Source: Octopus sinensis (lineage: Eukaryota). Taken from it: DNA of 64,000 bases. Both the position numbers and the translations under genes were made by a program. The stretch lies in the NCBI RefSeq assembly GCF_006345805.1, contig NC_043002.1:104470001-104534000 (forward strand), written 5' to 3'. Within the stretch, counting starts at the first letter, position 1. Each line of letters starts with the position of its first letter. The notes under the pieces were generated by a model, which was not told the DNA's origin, made no database searches, and was given only the letters and a program-made list of their open reading frames with translations. Positions 51,961-64,000 of this stretch are shown here, one piece after another.

Positions 51961-53100
51961 GTTGTTGAGCTGTTTATTTAGAAATCTTAATACTGTCCAG
52001 TCTTGATCTGATCAACTCGGCTTATAATCAAAAAGCCTTCCAGCTGTAAACATCATATATTTTATTTCTATCTCATACATATATACATGTATGGACGGTA
52101 TATAGTTAAGAACTACAAAAAGTTTCTTGCTCTGAAGACATGAATCTGGTAGGTTTTTAGCAAGCGACTATTAGCAGCGCTTGTCTTTATGCAGTCTACG
52201 TTAAATGACATTTTACAAGATAAAGTTTGGTTCGTAAGGGATTAATCTATTATTTCTTGTAGATGTTGCAAAATGTTAAACGCTCCCACCTTGAGATATT
52301 AATTCTTTACGACTGAATGACATTACAATCAGATTCAGTTAATCCAAACATGGCTCTATGCCGTATTGCATTTTCCGTGGACATTATAAAAAAGGAGCCT
52401 TAATTATTAAATCTTTCTTACAATTTGTCTTTAGTTTTTTCTAGAAATCTAATGCAAGCCAGTGTGATTCAGAAAAGTAAATCCCCAACAGGATAAACGG
52501 AAGTTCAATCCTAGTGTACAGATATGTAGGGCATTTATGCCTCTGTTTAAAGCCGAGGGGTACAAAACCATTCAGCGAAATATTGTGGATGCAATCTACT
52601 TAAAATCCATAGGATAACAGTTAGATTTGGTTATTATCCGTCGCCAATGCATTAATACGGACGGTAGTATACGTATATAAGTGTGTTCTACATTATAAGG
52701 TTTCATACAATTTCCTGTGAAGACCTTTAACTTATCCGCCGTTTCTCCTCCGAGATGTATCGCTTTAGTTGAGCATCTTATTAATCATGCACCATTTCAT
52801 TCCAAGAGCTTCTTTTCCCAAACTGTGCTTCTCTAGAACTCATTAATATAAACTGCTCTTCTTTTGATCTACCAAACTGTTTTTTCAAGTTTATTGTCAT
52901 ACAGCATCTTTTGAATTTTTAGGTCCTTTGTTTTTTTAATCCCTTATGCTATCTTGTTTGGGACGACATTGTAGAAAAGGATGTCGACTCGAATAATTTG
53001 GTCCAGTGAGTTGAGCAAATTCCTTAGAATTCCTACATAGGAAATCTAATGGCGATTCAAAAACAAACAGACTGCGTTAGAGTCGTCTTCCTTTATATTT

Positions 53101-53498
53101 ATACTTGCAGTATCGCCCGGCGTTGCTCGGGTTTGTAAGGGAAATAACTATATAATCATTTTTAGAGAGTTATAGCCAAAAAATAGCAAAACAAAGCATT
53201 AAAAATGGAAAAAAAATGATATTTTTTTTTTTAAATCGTTGACTCCTCGTATACATTTTTAAAGAGTTACTTCCCTTAATATAATAGCGAAAAAATGCAT
53301 TAAAATGGAAAAAATGATGGTAATTTTTTTTTTAATCGTAGACTCATCGTAGACGCGCGCTATACCCAGAAGGGCTCGATATGAATCACGACTATAAGAT
53401 ACCCGGTTTTGGTTAAACTGCACCGCAAAATGAGGGAGTAGTTAGGAATCTAAATCGTTAGGAGACAGACACACAACCTTACTTTTATTTATAAAGAT
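53101..53498 (+). mobile_element. Putative non-autonomous Helentron/DINE-like element
   Basis: Begins tacttgcagtatcgcccggcgttgctcggg (short hairpin), has internal ~100-bp subrepeats (53160-53350) and ends acagacacacaaccttacttttatttataaagat. The architecture resembles DINE/HINE elements from recall; no coding sequence. Confidence 0.5.
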
Positions 53499-53699
53499 TA
53501 AGTATACTCTTCTCTGTTCGAAAGAAAAGAACGTGTATCGTGGACGCTGACAAAGATTCACTTTAATAATAACGGCGGATGCGGGTAAAGGCGATTTAGA
53601 GAGCAACGGAGAGAGGCTGTTGTTGATGAGGATGAAAACGTTTTAATTTTTTTTTTAATGTGTTATTATGAAAGAAGCTTAAATGATATTAATATTCCT

Positions 53700-54025
53700 T
53701 AAATGTAGGTGATGATAATGTTGATATCGATGATGGCTATTCTGATAGCGTTGATGATATTGTTAATGAGAAGAAAGTTGATGACATTGATGTCGAATAA
53801 TAATGATAATGTTGATAATAGTGAGGGCGGTAATGCTGATAACGTTATCGATGATAATGTTGTTGATGATAATTATGGTAGTAATGCGAATGAATATGTT
53901 GATAACATTTGATAATGATAATATCGATGGAGATAATGGCGTTCACATGGCTTGCGATAAGATCGATGTTATTCATGAGTGTTGTATCTGATATCGCTAA
54001 GGCTGACGGTCGTGGTCACGACGAC

Positions 54026-54100
<75 letters not shown>

Positions 54101-54500
54101 GGTGGTGGTGGTGGTGGTGGTGGTGGTGGCGGTGGCGGTGATGATGATGATGATGGTGATGGTGATTATGATGACGGTGGTGGTGGTGATGATGATAATG
54201 ATGATCAACAACTGTTTTGACGACGATGAACTTGAAGCAGATAACATTCAAAACGTTGGTGATGATGGTGGTGATGGTTTTGGGAAAAGTGTCGATGGTA
54301 GCGGTTGTGTGATTGTTGTTGATGACAGTAACGATGACGACGATGATGATAGTGATGGTAGTGGTGATGGTTGTGGTTATTGTGGTGGTGGTGGTTATTG
54401 TGGTGGTGGTGGTTGGTGGTGGTGGTGGTGGTGGTGGTGGTGGTGGTGATGGTCGTCGTCATCTTCATGGTGGTGATGATGGTGTTGTTGGGGATAATTC
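53700..54500. repeat. (GAT)n/(GGT)n degenerate trinucleotide field
   Basis: Directly visible. Confidence 0.9.
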
Positions 54501-54840
54501 TAAGTACAATGACGACGAAGAAGAGGGGCGGATAGATTCCAGTCGTTTCTTTCCTTTAGATTCGGTTTGTAAGAGTAAAGACAAAGTTGGTTTACAAAAT
54601 GTCTTGGTGTCGAGTCCGTCAGTCCCATAGACTCACATAAAACGGAACCTGGGTTTTTATTTCAGTACAATATGATGAAACCGCCATTGAACAAGATGAA
54701 TGGCATGAGATAACGCAACACTCACCAACACACACACACACGCACGCACATACACACACACACACATACACACATACAAACACACATACACACAAACAAA
54801 CGTACACACGTACACAGAGATACGTTATCTATATATAAAT

Positions 54841-55225
54841 GTGGAGGCGCAATGGCCCAGTGGTTAGGGCAGCGGACTCGCGGTCGTAGGATCGCGTTTT
54901 CGATTCCCAGACCGGGCGTTGTGAGTGTTTATTGAGCGAAAACACCTAAATACTCCACGCGGCTCCGGCAGGGATGGTGGTGATCCCTGCTGTACTCTTT
55001 CACTACAACTTTCTCTCACTCTTACTTCCTCTTTCTGTTGTACCTGTATTTCAAAGGGCCGGCCTTGTCACTCTCTGTGTCACGCTGAATATCCCCGAGA
55101 ACTGCGTTAAGGGTACACGTGTCTGTGGAGTGCTCAGCCACTTACACGTTGATTTCACGAGCAGGCTGTTCCGTTGATCGGATCAACTGGAACCCTAGTC
55201 GTCGTAACCGACGGAGTGCTTCCAT
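54841..55225 (+). mobile_element. tRNA-derived SINE family B, full length
   Basis: Pol III A box tggcccagtgg at 54853-54863 and a B-box-like ttcgattccc, followed by the body shared with 10646-10996. Confidence 0.92.
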
Positions 55226-55457
55226 ATATATATATAAATATATGTTAATATATATATGTTAATATCTGTGTATGTATGTATGTATGTCTGAATGTGTGTA
55301 TATATGTAGAGACACGACTTGCTACTCTGTTCTGCTGCGTAAATGAAAGAAAAATAGCATAAACAGTATCTCATATACCAGGCATTAAATGATTTTTTTT
55401 GTGATGTTTATATAAAATAAGAAGGAAAACAAAATTAACCAAGTTCAATTCCAAATG

Positions 55458-55666
55458 TTGGCAGGAGCGTCAGCATGCCGGACAAAATGCGTAGCGGCAT
55501 TTCGTTCGATTTACGTTCTAAGTTGGATTCCGCCGGAGTCGATTTAACTTGCCTTTACCCACTTTCGGGGTCGATAAAATAAGTACCATCGAGCACCGAT
55601 GTTGACGTAATCGAAATAATCCCAGCCCCGGAATTGCTGGTCTTGTGCCAAAATTGGAAACCAATA
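55458..55666 (+). mobile_element. Degenerate SINE family A
   Basis: ttggcagg..gtcagcatgccggacaaaatgcgtagcggcatttcg...ctttcggggtcgataaaataagtacc...cttgtgccaaaattggaaacc. Confidence 0.75.
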
Positions 55667-57016
55667 TTTAAGCAATCTCGCAGTATGTTAGAGAGCATTG
55701 TAAAAGTTTAATTACATATCATCATTATCAATCAAGATAAACGGTTAAATTATGTCATAATGTTGAACATTTGGCCCAAATTCGCATATAGCATCCGGGC
55801 AATTTTTTCTTAGACATATTTTTAGAAAAATGCTTTCCCATCAAATATGCCACATTCTTTTTTTTTTCTCCTCTAAGTTACGGTCTTTATATCAATGCAA
55901 TGCAGAAATTGGCAGTAAAAACGAAAGGCAGATGAAGGGGAAGCTGCCGTATCATCGGTGTCATGTTGTTTCTCGCTAGCTCAATCAATGTGAGATGATG
56001 TCACAATTTGCACTGCAGAGAGTTGTATATTGCATCATGTTGTGAGCTGTCAACAGTCATACAGGAATGTTGGTTTTCAAGTGGAAATTGACAATTAATA
56101 ATCCAGTCAATCTTTGACAGTGAAGATGTAACGTGTACGGAAGCGAAAGCTTGTGTTCTATGTGAATATGTTCTGTTGGAATTTTATGTAGGAAAACTAT
56201 TAAAATATATTGGAGACAGCAGCTGAAATGTTTTGTCGCAAATGATATAGTGAGATGCAAAGATATGTTTTACAATATTTGACAGAGGCAATGATTTTTG
56301 AGAAAGAAGCGCAACCTCAATTGTTTTACGTGTATATGGATAATAAAGCATCGGTTGAAGATTTCACAGCTCGACAATAAAACTATGGGTGTTACAGGTC
56401 TGTAGCCACATAAAAATACACCTACGAACGCAACTAAGTACTCAAGTGTAATTCTATAAAACTAAAGAGTGTTTATTAAAAATTAAAGCACGACCCATAA
56501 ATATATTACTGTCTATATTGCGGCCCTAATTTTGCAACAAAATTCGCTACAGCAAACCTGGAAATAGGTTTTCCGAGGTGTACAGTTATTAATTCATCAT
56601 GTGAATTAATAGTAGAAGTAAAGTGAAATTATGTCCGTAGATTATGTCCGTTGGGAATTGTGATGTCTTAGGACGTGTCTTTCTCTTTTGCCATCTGTCG
56701 ATAGATTCTTTGCATCATCTGGAATATCTTAGTGTCGTAAATTTCAATGCGGAGATTGGAAATTATAGAGCAGTGCACAAATTTTGAGCGATCCGTTTTT
56801 TCCTTAGAAATCAATAAGAAATCATTTTCTGACACGTCGAACCACAAATCAGCAAGTCAAACATGTGGTTTCGGGTTCACACTGACTGCGTGACACCATG
56901 ATCAAGTGTTTCTACAATAGCCCTGAAGTGAGCGAATTTCATGGTCAGAAAGCCTATTGTACACACACACTCATAAGCACACACACACACAACACACACA
57001 CACAACACACACACAC

Positions 57017-57049
<33 letters not shown>

Positions 57050-57405
57050 AAACACACACATACACACACACACACACACATATATATGTGATTTATTAAT
57101 GAAGTTACAAAGACATTACAAAAATGTGTACTCAGAGTTTCACGTTCGCCTCCTCTCTGGGTAGGCGAGCAGGACAATATCCCATTTACAGCTGAGTGCA
57201 AGGCTCTAACCTTTATATCTTTATGAAGAAACACACCTACACATCAACAAGCATACACATATATACACTACATACGCACACAAATGCACACGTATACACT
57301 ACACACACACGCGCGCACACAGCTATATGTAAGAACAGTCATATACACACGAACGGTGTGTATATATATTTAAAGCTTAAAGATATATGCGTGTGTGTAT
57401 GTGTG

Positions 57406-57437
<32 letters not shown>

Positions 57438-57616
57438 CGTGTGGATGTGTGTGTTTGTGTACGTAGTATATGCGTGTGGTTAGATGCTCCAGCTATTGTC
57501 AATATGGCAAGCCACAGAACACACGAAGAGCTTTCAGACCTTGCCATGTCATTTCTTTATCTTTGATCTCTCTCTTTCTATCTCCCGCCATATTGGTTTT
57601 TCTATTTCACTCATAC

Positions 57617-57649
<33 letters not shown>

Positions 57650-57651
<2 letters not shown>

Positions 57652-57895
57652 CACACACCGTTAATTTGTAGGGACGTAAACACAACAGCAACGGTCGTCA
57701 AGCTTTGTTGTTGGACAAAGACGGACGCAAACACATACACTTACATATATACGAAGGATTCTCCCAGTTTCCGCCTACAAATTCGACTCACAAGACTTTG
57801 GTCAACCCAGCCCTTTAGTGGAAGAGATTTGATCAACGCATCACGGACTAGGATTGATCTCGGAACCATACGGTTTGAAATACACTTCTTAGCAC
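57650..57895 (-). mobile_element. Degenerate SINE family C
   Basis: gggacgtaaacacaacagc...cagtttccgcctacaaattcgactcacaagactttggtc...tagtggaagagatttg. Confidence 0.6.
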
Positions 57896-58206
57896 AAACC
57901 CACGCTTGCACCTCTGTACGTCGATTGTTAAATTAAAAATCATTAATTATATTAAAAAGATCTTCAAAAAACTACGACAGGAAGCATTCCTTGAAAAATG
58001 TTCGTGTCGATCCGTTTTATATAGATATTTCTTTATATATAATTAATTATTTGTAATTTCAGAAAATCTTACTTCAAGTAATGCTTCGGTAACCAGGATG
58101 GTTTGAAAAAAATTACTATTGAAACAAATAATGAAACAGACTAATATTTAGACTCATACACACTTACGTACATACGTGAACATTTATTATATCTATCTAC
58201 CTACCC

Positions 58207-58286
<80 letters not shown>

Positions 58287-58373
58287 GTCTATCTATCTAT
58301 CTATCTATCTATCTGTCTCTCTCTCTCTCTCTCTCTCTCTGTCCCTCTCTCTCACTCTTTCTATATATATATA

Positions 58374-58418
<45 letters not shown>

Positions 58419-58462
58419 TATGTTTATATATATTCATATATATATATATTTATGTATATATA

Positions 58463-58501
<39 letters not shown>

Positions 58502-58766
58502 TTATATGTATACATATATATGTATATACACACAAAACATGCATACAAATATACGCACGCGTATGAACAGCACATGCACAGCCATGCTACGTGTACATGT
58601 ACATATATATAAAGGTATATATATTTATATGTGTATATATGCATACGTATATATGTATATACACACACAACACTCACACACACACATATATATATATATA
58701 CAAACAATATACGCACGCACACACCAATATGAACTGTACATGCACACACTCACATACACACGCACG

Positions 58767-58802
<36 letters not shown>

Positions 58803-59385
58803 ATGAGAAAAATGTGAGAGAGATAGTAACATACTTCAGAGAGAGAGAGAGAGACAGAGAGAGAGAGAGGGGGGGAGAGAGATTCGCTTTATTAATTGAA
58901 TAGTAATTTCTGAGCGAAATTCTAACCGAATTCGCAGTTAGAGAAATGTTTTACATCGACACGAAACCTGCCGGAGGAAGGAAGATGGTAAAAAAATATT
59001 GTTGACTTCATAGTAATACCAGTTAAAAACGCATGCGTTGGGCGGCAAAAGAAGATAAATAAATGCATATGCGTGCGAGAGTGTGTGCGTGCGCATTTGA
59101 GAGTACATGCTTGCTCTCGCGAGCGAATGTGCGTATTTCCGTGCGATTGTGTGTTTGTGTGTATATATATGTGTGGTTTTGGGTGTGTATGTGTAAGTGG
59201 TGTGTGTGTGTAATTTGGAAAGAAAAAAATTACTTTCACTTTCACAAGGAAAAGATGAAGACAAGGGATGAAAAAGTGACACCACTCCGTATTGTGCAAA
59301 TAACTGGCAGGCTATATAACATTTGTCGAGCACGTACAGCCATACATACACTCCGATATCATACGCGTTTGCTTGAGCCTGTTGG

Positions 59386-59446
<61 letters not shown>

Positions 59447-59472
59447 TATATAATACATATATATATATGTAT

Positions 59473-59505
<33 letters not shown>

Positions 59506-59608
59506 TATAATATATATATATATACATATATATACATATATATATAAATATTAAATATATATATATATATATACATATATATACATATATATATATATTA
59601 TATATATG

Positions 59609-59739
<131 letters not shown>

Positions 59740-60420
59740 TTATGTATATAGTATGTATATGCATGCGTGTATGTGTATATGTATATATTTCTATATTTGC
59801 AAACGCAGACATATTGGCAAGGTTATTTGTGCGGCAAATGTTGTAATTCTGTTATTGCAATTTGGTATGAGGGGTTTGGCATCAACTCATATAAAAATTG
59901 TAAGGATTCACATTGATCGACGTTAAAGTTCCTTGGCCGGCAGGAGTAATGTGAAGAATATCAGAGGAGAGAATAAAAACAACAGTATATACAGCGCCGC
60001 CCTCGCAGACGCTGCATATATTGTCATCACCAGCAACATCAATTACAATAACAACACCAACAACAACAATAATAGTAATAATAACAATGGAAGTGCTAAA
60101 GTAAGAGTAATGTTGATGATGAAGAGATAAACTAATTATTTATAATTATTTCTGTGTATCATGTTATCAGAATAATGCTTAAAGAGGCTTCCTTCAATTT
60201 CAATAATGGAAATAGAATTTGTATATTTGTACGCCTTGTTATATATATATATATATAATATATATATATATTATGTGAAATAGAAAGATGAATAATCTTG
60301 TAGTAGATTAATCAAAAGTTTAACCGATACCTTAGTAGCAAAAATCACAGCAGTGAACAGCACGGTTGGAGGTACAACCATCTGGCGTTGCAACCGTGCG
60401 TTGGTGCGGATAATTGAAAT

Positions 60421-60607
60421 TAAAACATTATTGGTGAATTGAAGAAATGGAGCTGAACGCAGATTGAACAGAAATCGTTTTATTTCATTCTACACGTGTT
60501 TCGAAAGGCACAAATTTGTGCCTTTCGAAACACGTGTAGAATGAAATAAAACGATTCTGTTCAATCTGCGTTCAGCTCCATTTCTTCAATTCACCAATAA
60601 TGTTTTA
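60421..60607. repeat. Near-perfect 187-bp palindrome (94/93-nt arms, no loop) derived from an HHR-bearing element
   Basis: Centre cacaaa|tttgtg at 60514/60515; the arms differ by one indel; each strand carries GAAAC-acgt-GTA-gaatg. Confidence 0.95.
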
Positions 60608-60691
60608 TATATATATATATATATATTTCTCTACCTATATATCTGTGTGTATCTATCTATCTCTCTATCTATCGCTACTTACCTGTCAGTA

Positions 60692-60732
<41 letters not shown>

Positions 60733-61043
60733 AAATAAGCAGCAAGGATATCCAGAGGTAATGCATTACGATCGTTTCATGCAACTCCATTTAATTGAAC
60801 AATGAAATCATTACGTCAATTTAAAATGCAGAGCAATCCTCAGCTGCACAAAGACATAGAACTTAATTAAATTAGAAGAGATGAACACATTATAATCACC
60901 TTACTTTGAAATTGTATGGATAATACCATACTGAATTCTGGTGCCCCAACGTAAGTACCATATTCATCTGAATCTATCTATTTATATGCACATTTATAAG
61001 TGTGTGTGTGCGTGCGTGTACATGTATGTATGCATGATGTATG

Positions 61044-61089
<46 letters not shown>

Positions 61090-61235
61090 ATTTATATAAA
61101 TATAATCATTATGCAAATATATGCATATACATATGCATACGTGTGTGTGTCTGTGTTTTAGTTCACAATATATCTGCGATTATTATTTACATTATTTACA
61201 TTTGACGGGTATTTGTCCTCATCTTGTCTGTTGTT

Positions 61236-61281
61236 AACACAATGTTTCGGCTGATATAATCTCCACCCTTCATCAGGTGTC
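61236..61281 (-). ncRNA. Degenerate minimal type I hammerhead
   Basis: Minus: gacac-CTGATGA-a-gggt-ggagattatatc-agcc-GAAAC-ATT-gtgtt. Intact core; one stem II mismatch and a CpG-type G>A change in the loopless AC/GT stem III. Confidence 0.68.
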
Positions 61282-61329
61282 TTGGGGAGATTTTGAACCT
61301 GGGTTCTCATTCTTAAGGTATTTGCCATG

Positions 61330-61397
<68 letters not shown>

Positions 61398-61689
61398 ATC
61401 ATTAATTATCTGAGCACAGGTAAACGAAAATGTATTTCGCGAAATCGCACAGTTATACAGAAGAGCTAAATCGTGTATCCGAAATATCTGTTGAGTCTAC
61501 TTTGGAGACCGCCACAGCACCATCTTGATGAGATTGTTTCTATCTCTGAAATAGTTAACTCGAACAAAGTCCTTCCTTTTCGATCTAGCTCTCATCTAAG
61601 TTTTCAAATCTTACTTGGAATGGGAAGAGACGCATGAATGTTCTGGAGATATGCTGTGACTGCGAAGATCCGGCAAATATAGTGAGTTC

Positions 61690-62072
61690 ACGGCTGTATC
61701 CTATAACAGTCTCGCATAAACAGCCCCAGCCCATTCAAAAGTACCTTGGATCGTAAGGCGACCTGCTGTGCTAGAGGAGATCTATTGAGTCAAGTACATT
61801 AATATTAAAATGAAAATTAAATGGAAACTGTAGTTGGGATACCCGTGCCGGTGGCACGTAAAACCTCCGTCCGAACGTGGCCGATACCAGCGCCGCAATG
61901 ACTGGCTTCCGTGCCGGTGGCACGTAAAATGCACCAACCGATCGTAGCCGTTGCCTGTCCCCTCTGGCCTCTGTGCCGGTGGCACGTAAAATGCACCCAC
62001 TACACTCATGGATTAGTTGGCGTTAGGAAGGGCATCCAGCTGTAGAAACACTGCCAGATCAAACTGGAGCCT
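61690..62072 (+). mobile_element. SINE-like element (family D) with three internal repeats of gtgccggtggcacgtaaaa
   Basis: Motif starts at 61845, 61911 and 61973; 3' block ttggcgttaggaagggcatccagctgtagaaac. Confidence 0.65.
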
Positions 62073-63358
62073 ACACTTGGATTATTCCCTCAGGTAGCTG
62101 CTTTATTTAATCATATTTCTCTGTTGTGCCAACCTTGTCTGTAAAAGTATTTAATTAAGTTCAGTTTAAATACCGAGTTTAAGGAATTTTTTTCATCCTG
62201 ATATTCTTGTGCAAAGATCCCATTCCAAGAAGTGTGAAACGAACCGAAATATGCAATAGCAGCTGAAGAATTAGAGAGCTTTGATGTTTAAGATTTTATT
62301 ATTATCACAGACTATTACAGAAGGAATGTGAAACACTAATAAATTAACCAATTTATTTATTTACTACTTACTTAATAGACTGGTGGTAAAACTGAAGTGA
62401 AATGTAAACACTTCGTGTGTTTTTACGTGCAATGTGACCCTCCCAACCTACAACAACTATAAAAGAAATGGAGTCTCTTAAAGAATTTTCAGGCATCAAA
62501 CACTCCCAGACACGCACAGTTGTTACTTTCTATGCCTCAATGATGAAAGTCTGCACGTCTTTCTGTATGTGTGTAGGATGGAATAATTAGAATGCTTTTT
62601 GTTAAGGTATATTTTTTACACCAAATCTTGAAATTTTAGAGGACATTTTCGAATTCTATTATCTTTTACATACTTACGTAATAGTTCGCAATAAGTTTAT
62701 GGAAATTATCTCTTGATGTTACGTTGTACTACAAAAATATAGATTGGGCATCGATTTCTTCAGAGCTATAGAAACGTGGCTGTTTGTACCTCAATATAAC
62801 TCGATGAGATAATAAGAATATCTTGCACAGATTATTTTATTTGGCATGTGTGATATTGTCTTGAAACATTAAGTTAAAAGAAAGCATATTCGGAAAATAT
62901 CCAGGGAGAAAATTGACGTTCTTTCATTTCTTCTTAACTAAGATAAAATTCCGGAAACATAAAAGTCTTCTATCAATTATGTACAAATATATTTCAGCAA
63001 CGGAATTTAAGAATATATAATTGAAGAGATTGCGTGGTGTAATTTTTCCATTTGATGTCTCGTTGATATTTTGTTACAATATGAAGATAATTGAGGTTGA
63101 TTGAAAGCTTTTTGTAAAGAAAATTCTAAGTTTAAATTTTGATTGTTCGATGAATAAAAAGAAAATATGAAACTTTAATGGGAGAAATTCAGCTGAATGC
63201 GATAGGCGTTATAATTATATTTCAATCACATGGTGTAGCATATTGCAGGAGAGTGCCACATGTTGAAATTTCGCTTGAATATTTACAGTGAAAACAAAGA
63301 AAAAAATGGGCATTATTAATACCCGTGTTGTTCATAAAGGAATGATGATAATAATAAC

Positions 63359-63423
<65 letters not shown>

Positions 63424-63843
63424 TAATAATGAATCACGATAATGTGGCATCTCAAATCAATAACAATACCTATTTTTATTGAAGCACTTGAAATGGCATC
63501 AAAGTGAGCGAATAAATACACAAACTAAATTCCTGGCATCTCCAAAATAAGCAAATTGTAAAGATCATACTTATGGCTACCTCACACGTTTTACGTAACT
63601 CCCTCTCCGTCGAGAGATAATCATTTTTCATTTCGTTCTATTATAAAATTTCTAAAAGTTTGTTTTTTTGTCTTTAAAGACAAATATCATTTTTTTTTTT
63701 TGGTTTTTTTTGGGTTTTTTTTTAAATATCATAACACTTCACCTGGTTGCATTTTTAGACGTAAAAATTTGGTTTCTTTTGCCGCCTCTGGTTGAGACTA
63801 GAGTACAACTCGTATAGTTCAGAACAAACGCAAATGTTTGTTG

Positions 63844-63885
<42 letters not shown>

Positions 63886-64000
63886 GTAATACTACTACTA
63901 CTACTACCAATAATATCAAGAACAACAGAATCGTAATAATAAGTTCTTTTGTTAGCCAAAGTGGTATAAAGAGGGGGACACTTGAACAATAGACGAGAAT

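Noticed and set aside
53969-54630. His/Asp/Gly-rich ORFs
   Set aside because: Read-through of (GAT)n/(GGT)n microsatellites.
54841-54920. tRNA-like sequence (also at 46021 and 15090-15163)
   Set aside because: Pol III boxes are present, but no proper acceptor stem closes and the sequence runs into a shared SINE body; it is a SINE head, not a tRNA gene.
57120-57185. Hammerhead candidate
   Set aside because: Only GAAAC-tctga-GTA is present on the minus strand; no CUGANGA or matching stem I.
61845-61998. CRISPR-like repeat-spacer pattern
   Set aside because: Only three repeats, spacers related to each other, eukaryotic context and no cas genes.

Overview
AT-rich, microsatellite-saturated eukaryotic DNA. 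The repeat inventory looks like an octopus (coleoid cephalopod) genome; this is inferred from recalled repeat families, not from a search. I found no host protein-coding exon I can support, and nearly all listed ORFs are microsatellite read-throughs. The window holds: a stop-free Penelope-like (PLE) reverse transcriptase frame running off the left edge (1-480, minus, absent from the ORF track); a decayed PLE RT+GIY-YIG copy (8179-9935); fragments of an R4/Dong-like RLE retrotransposon sitting in (TAA)n arrays; an RTE LINE 3' end; two decayed Tc1/mariner transposases; MITEs; a Helentron/DINE-like element; and about 25 tRNA-derived SINE copies of four families. The main hidden signal is a dispersed set of type I hammerhead ribozyme (HHR) motifs (CUGANGA...GAAAC-palindromic stem III-GUH) in non-coding elements. 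The best case is a retrozyme-like array at 18503-19917: a 558-bp unit with one HHR per unit, present as a direct tandem plus an inverted copy. A canonical HHR lies at 32982-33072. Several of these elements fold back on themselves at or next to the ribozyme. All ribozyme calls are from manual base-pairing and are untested.
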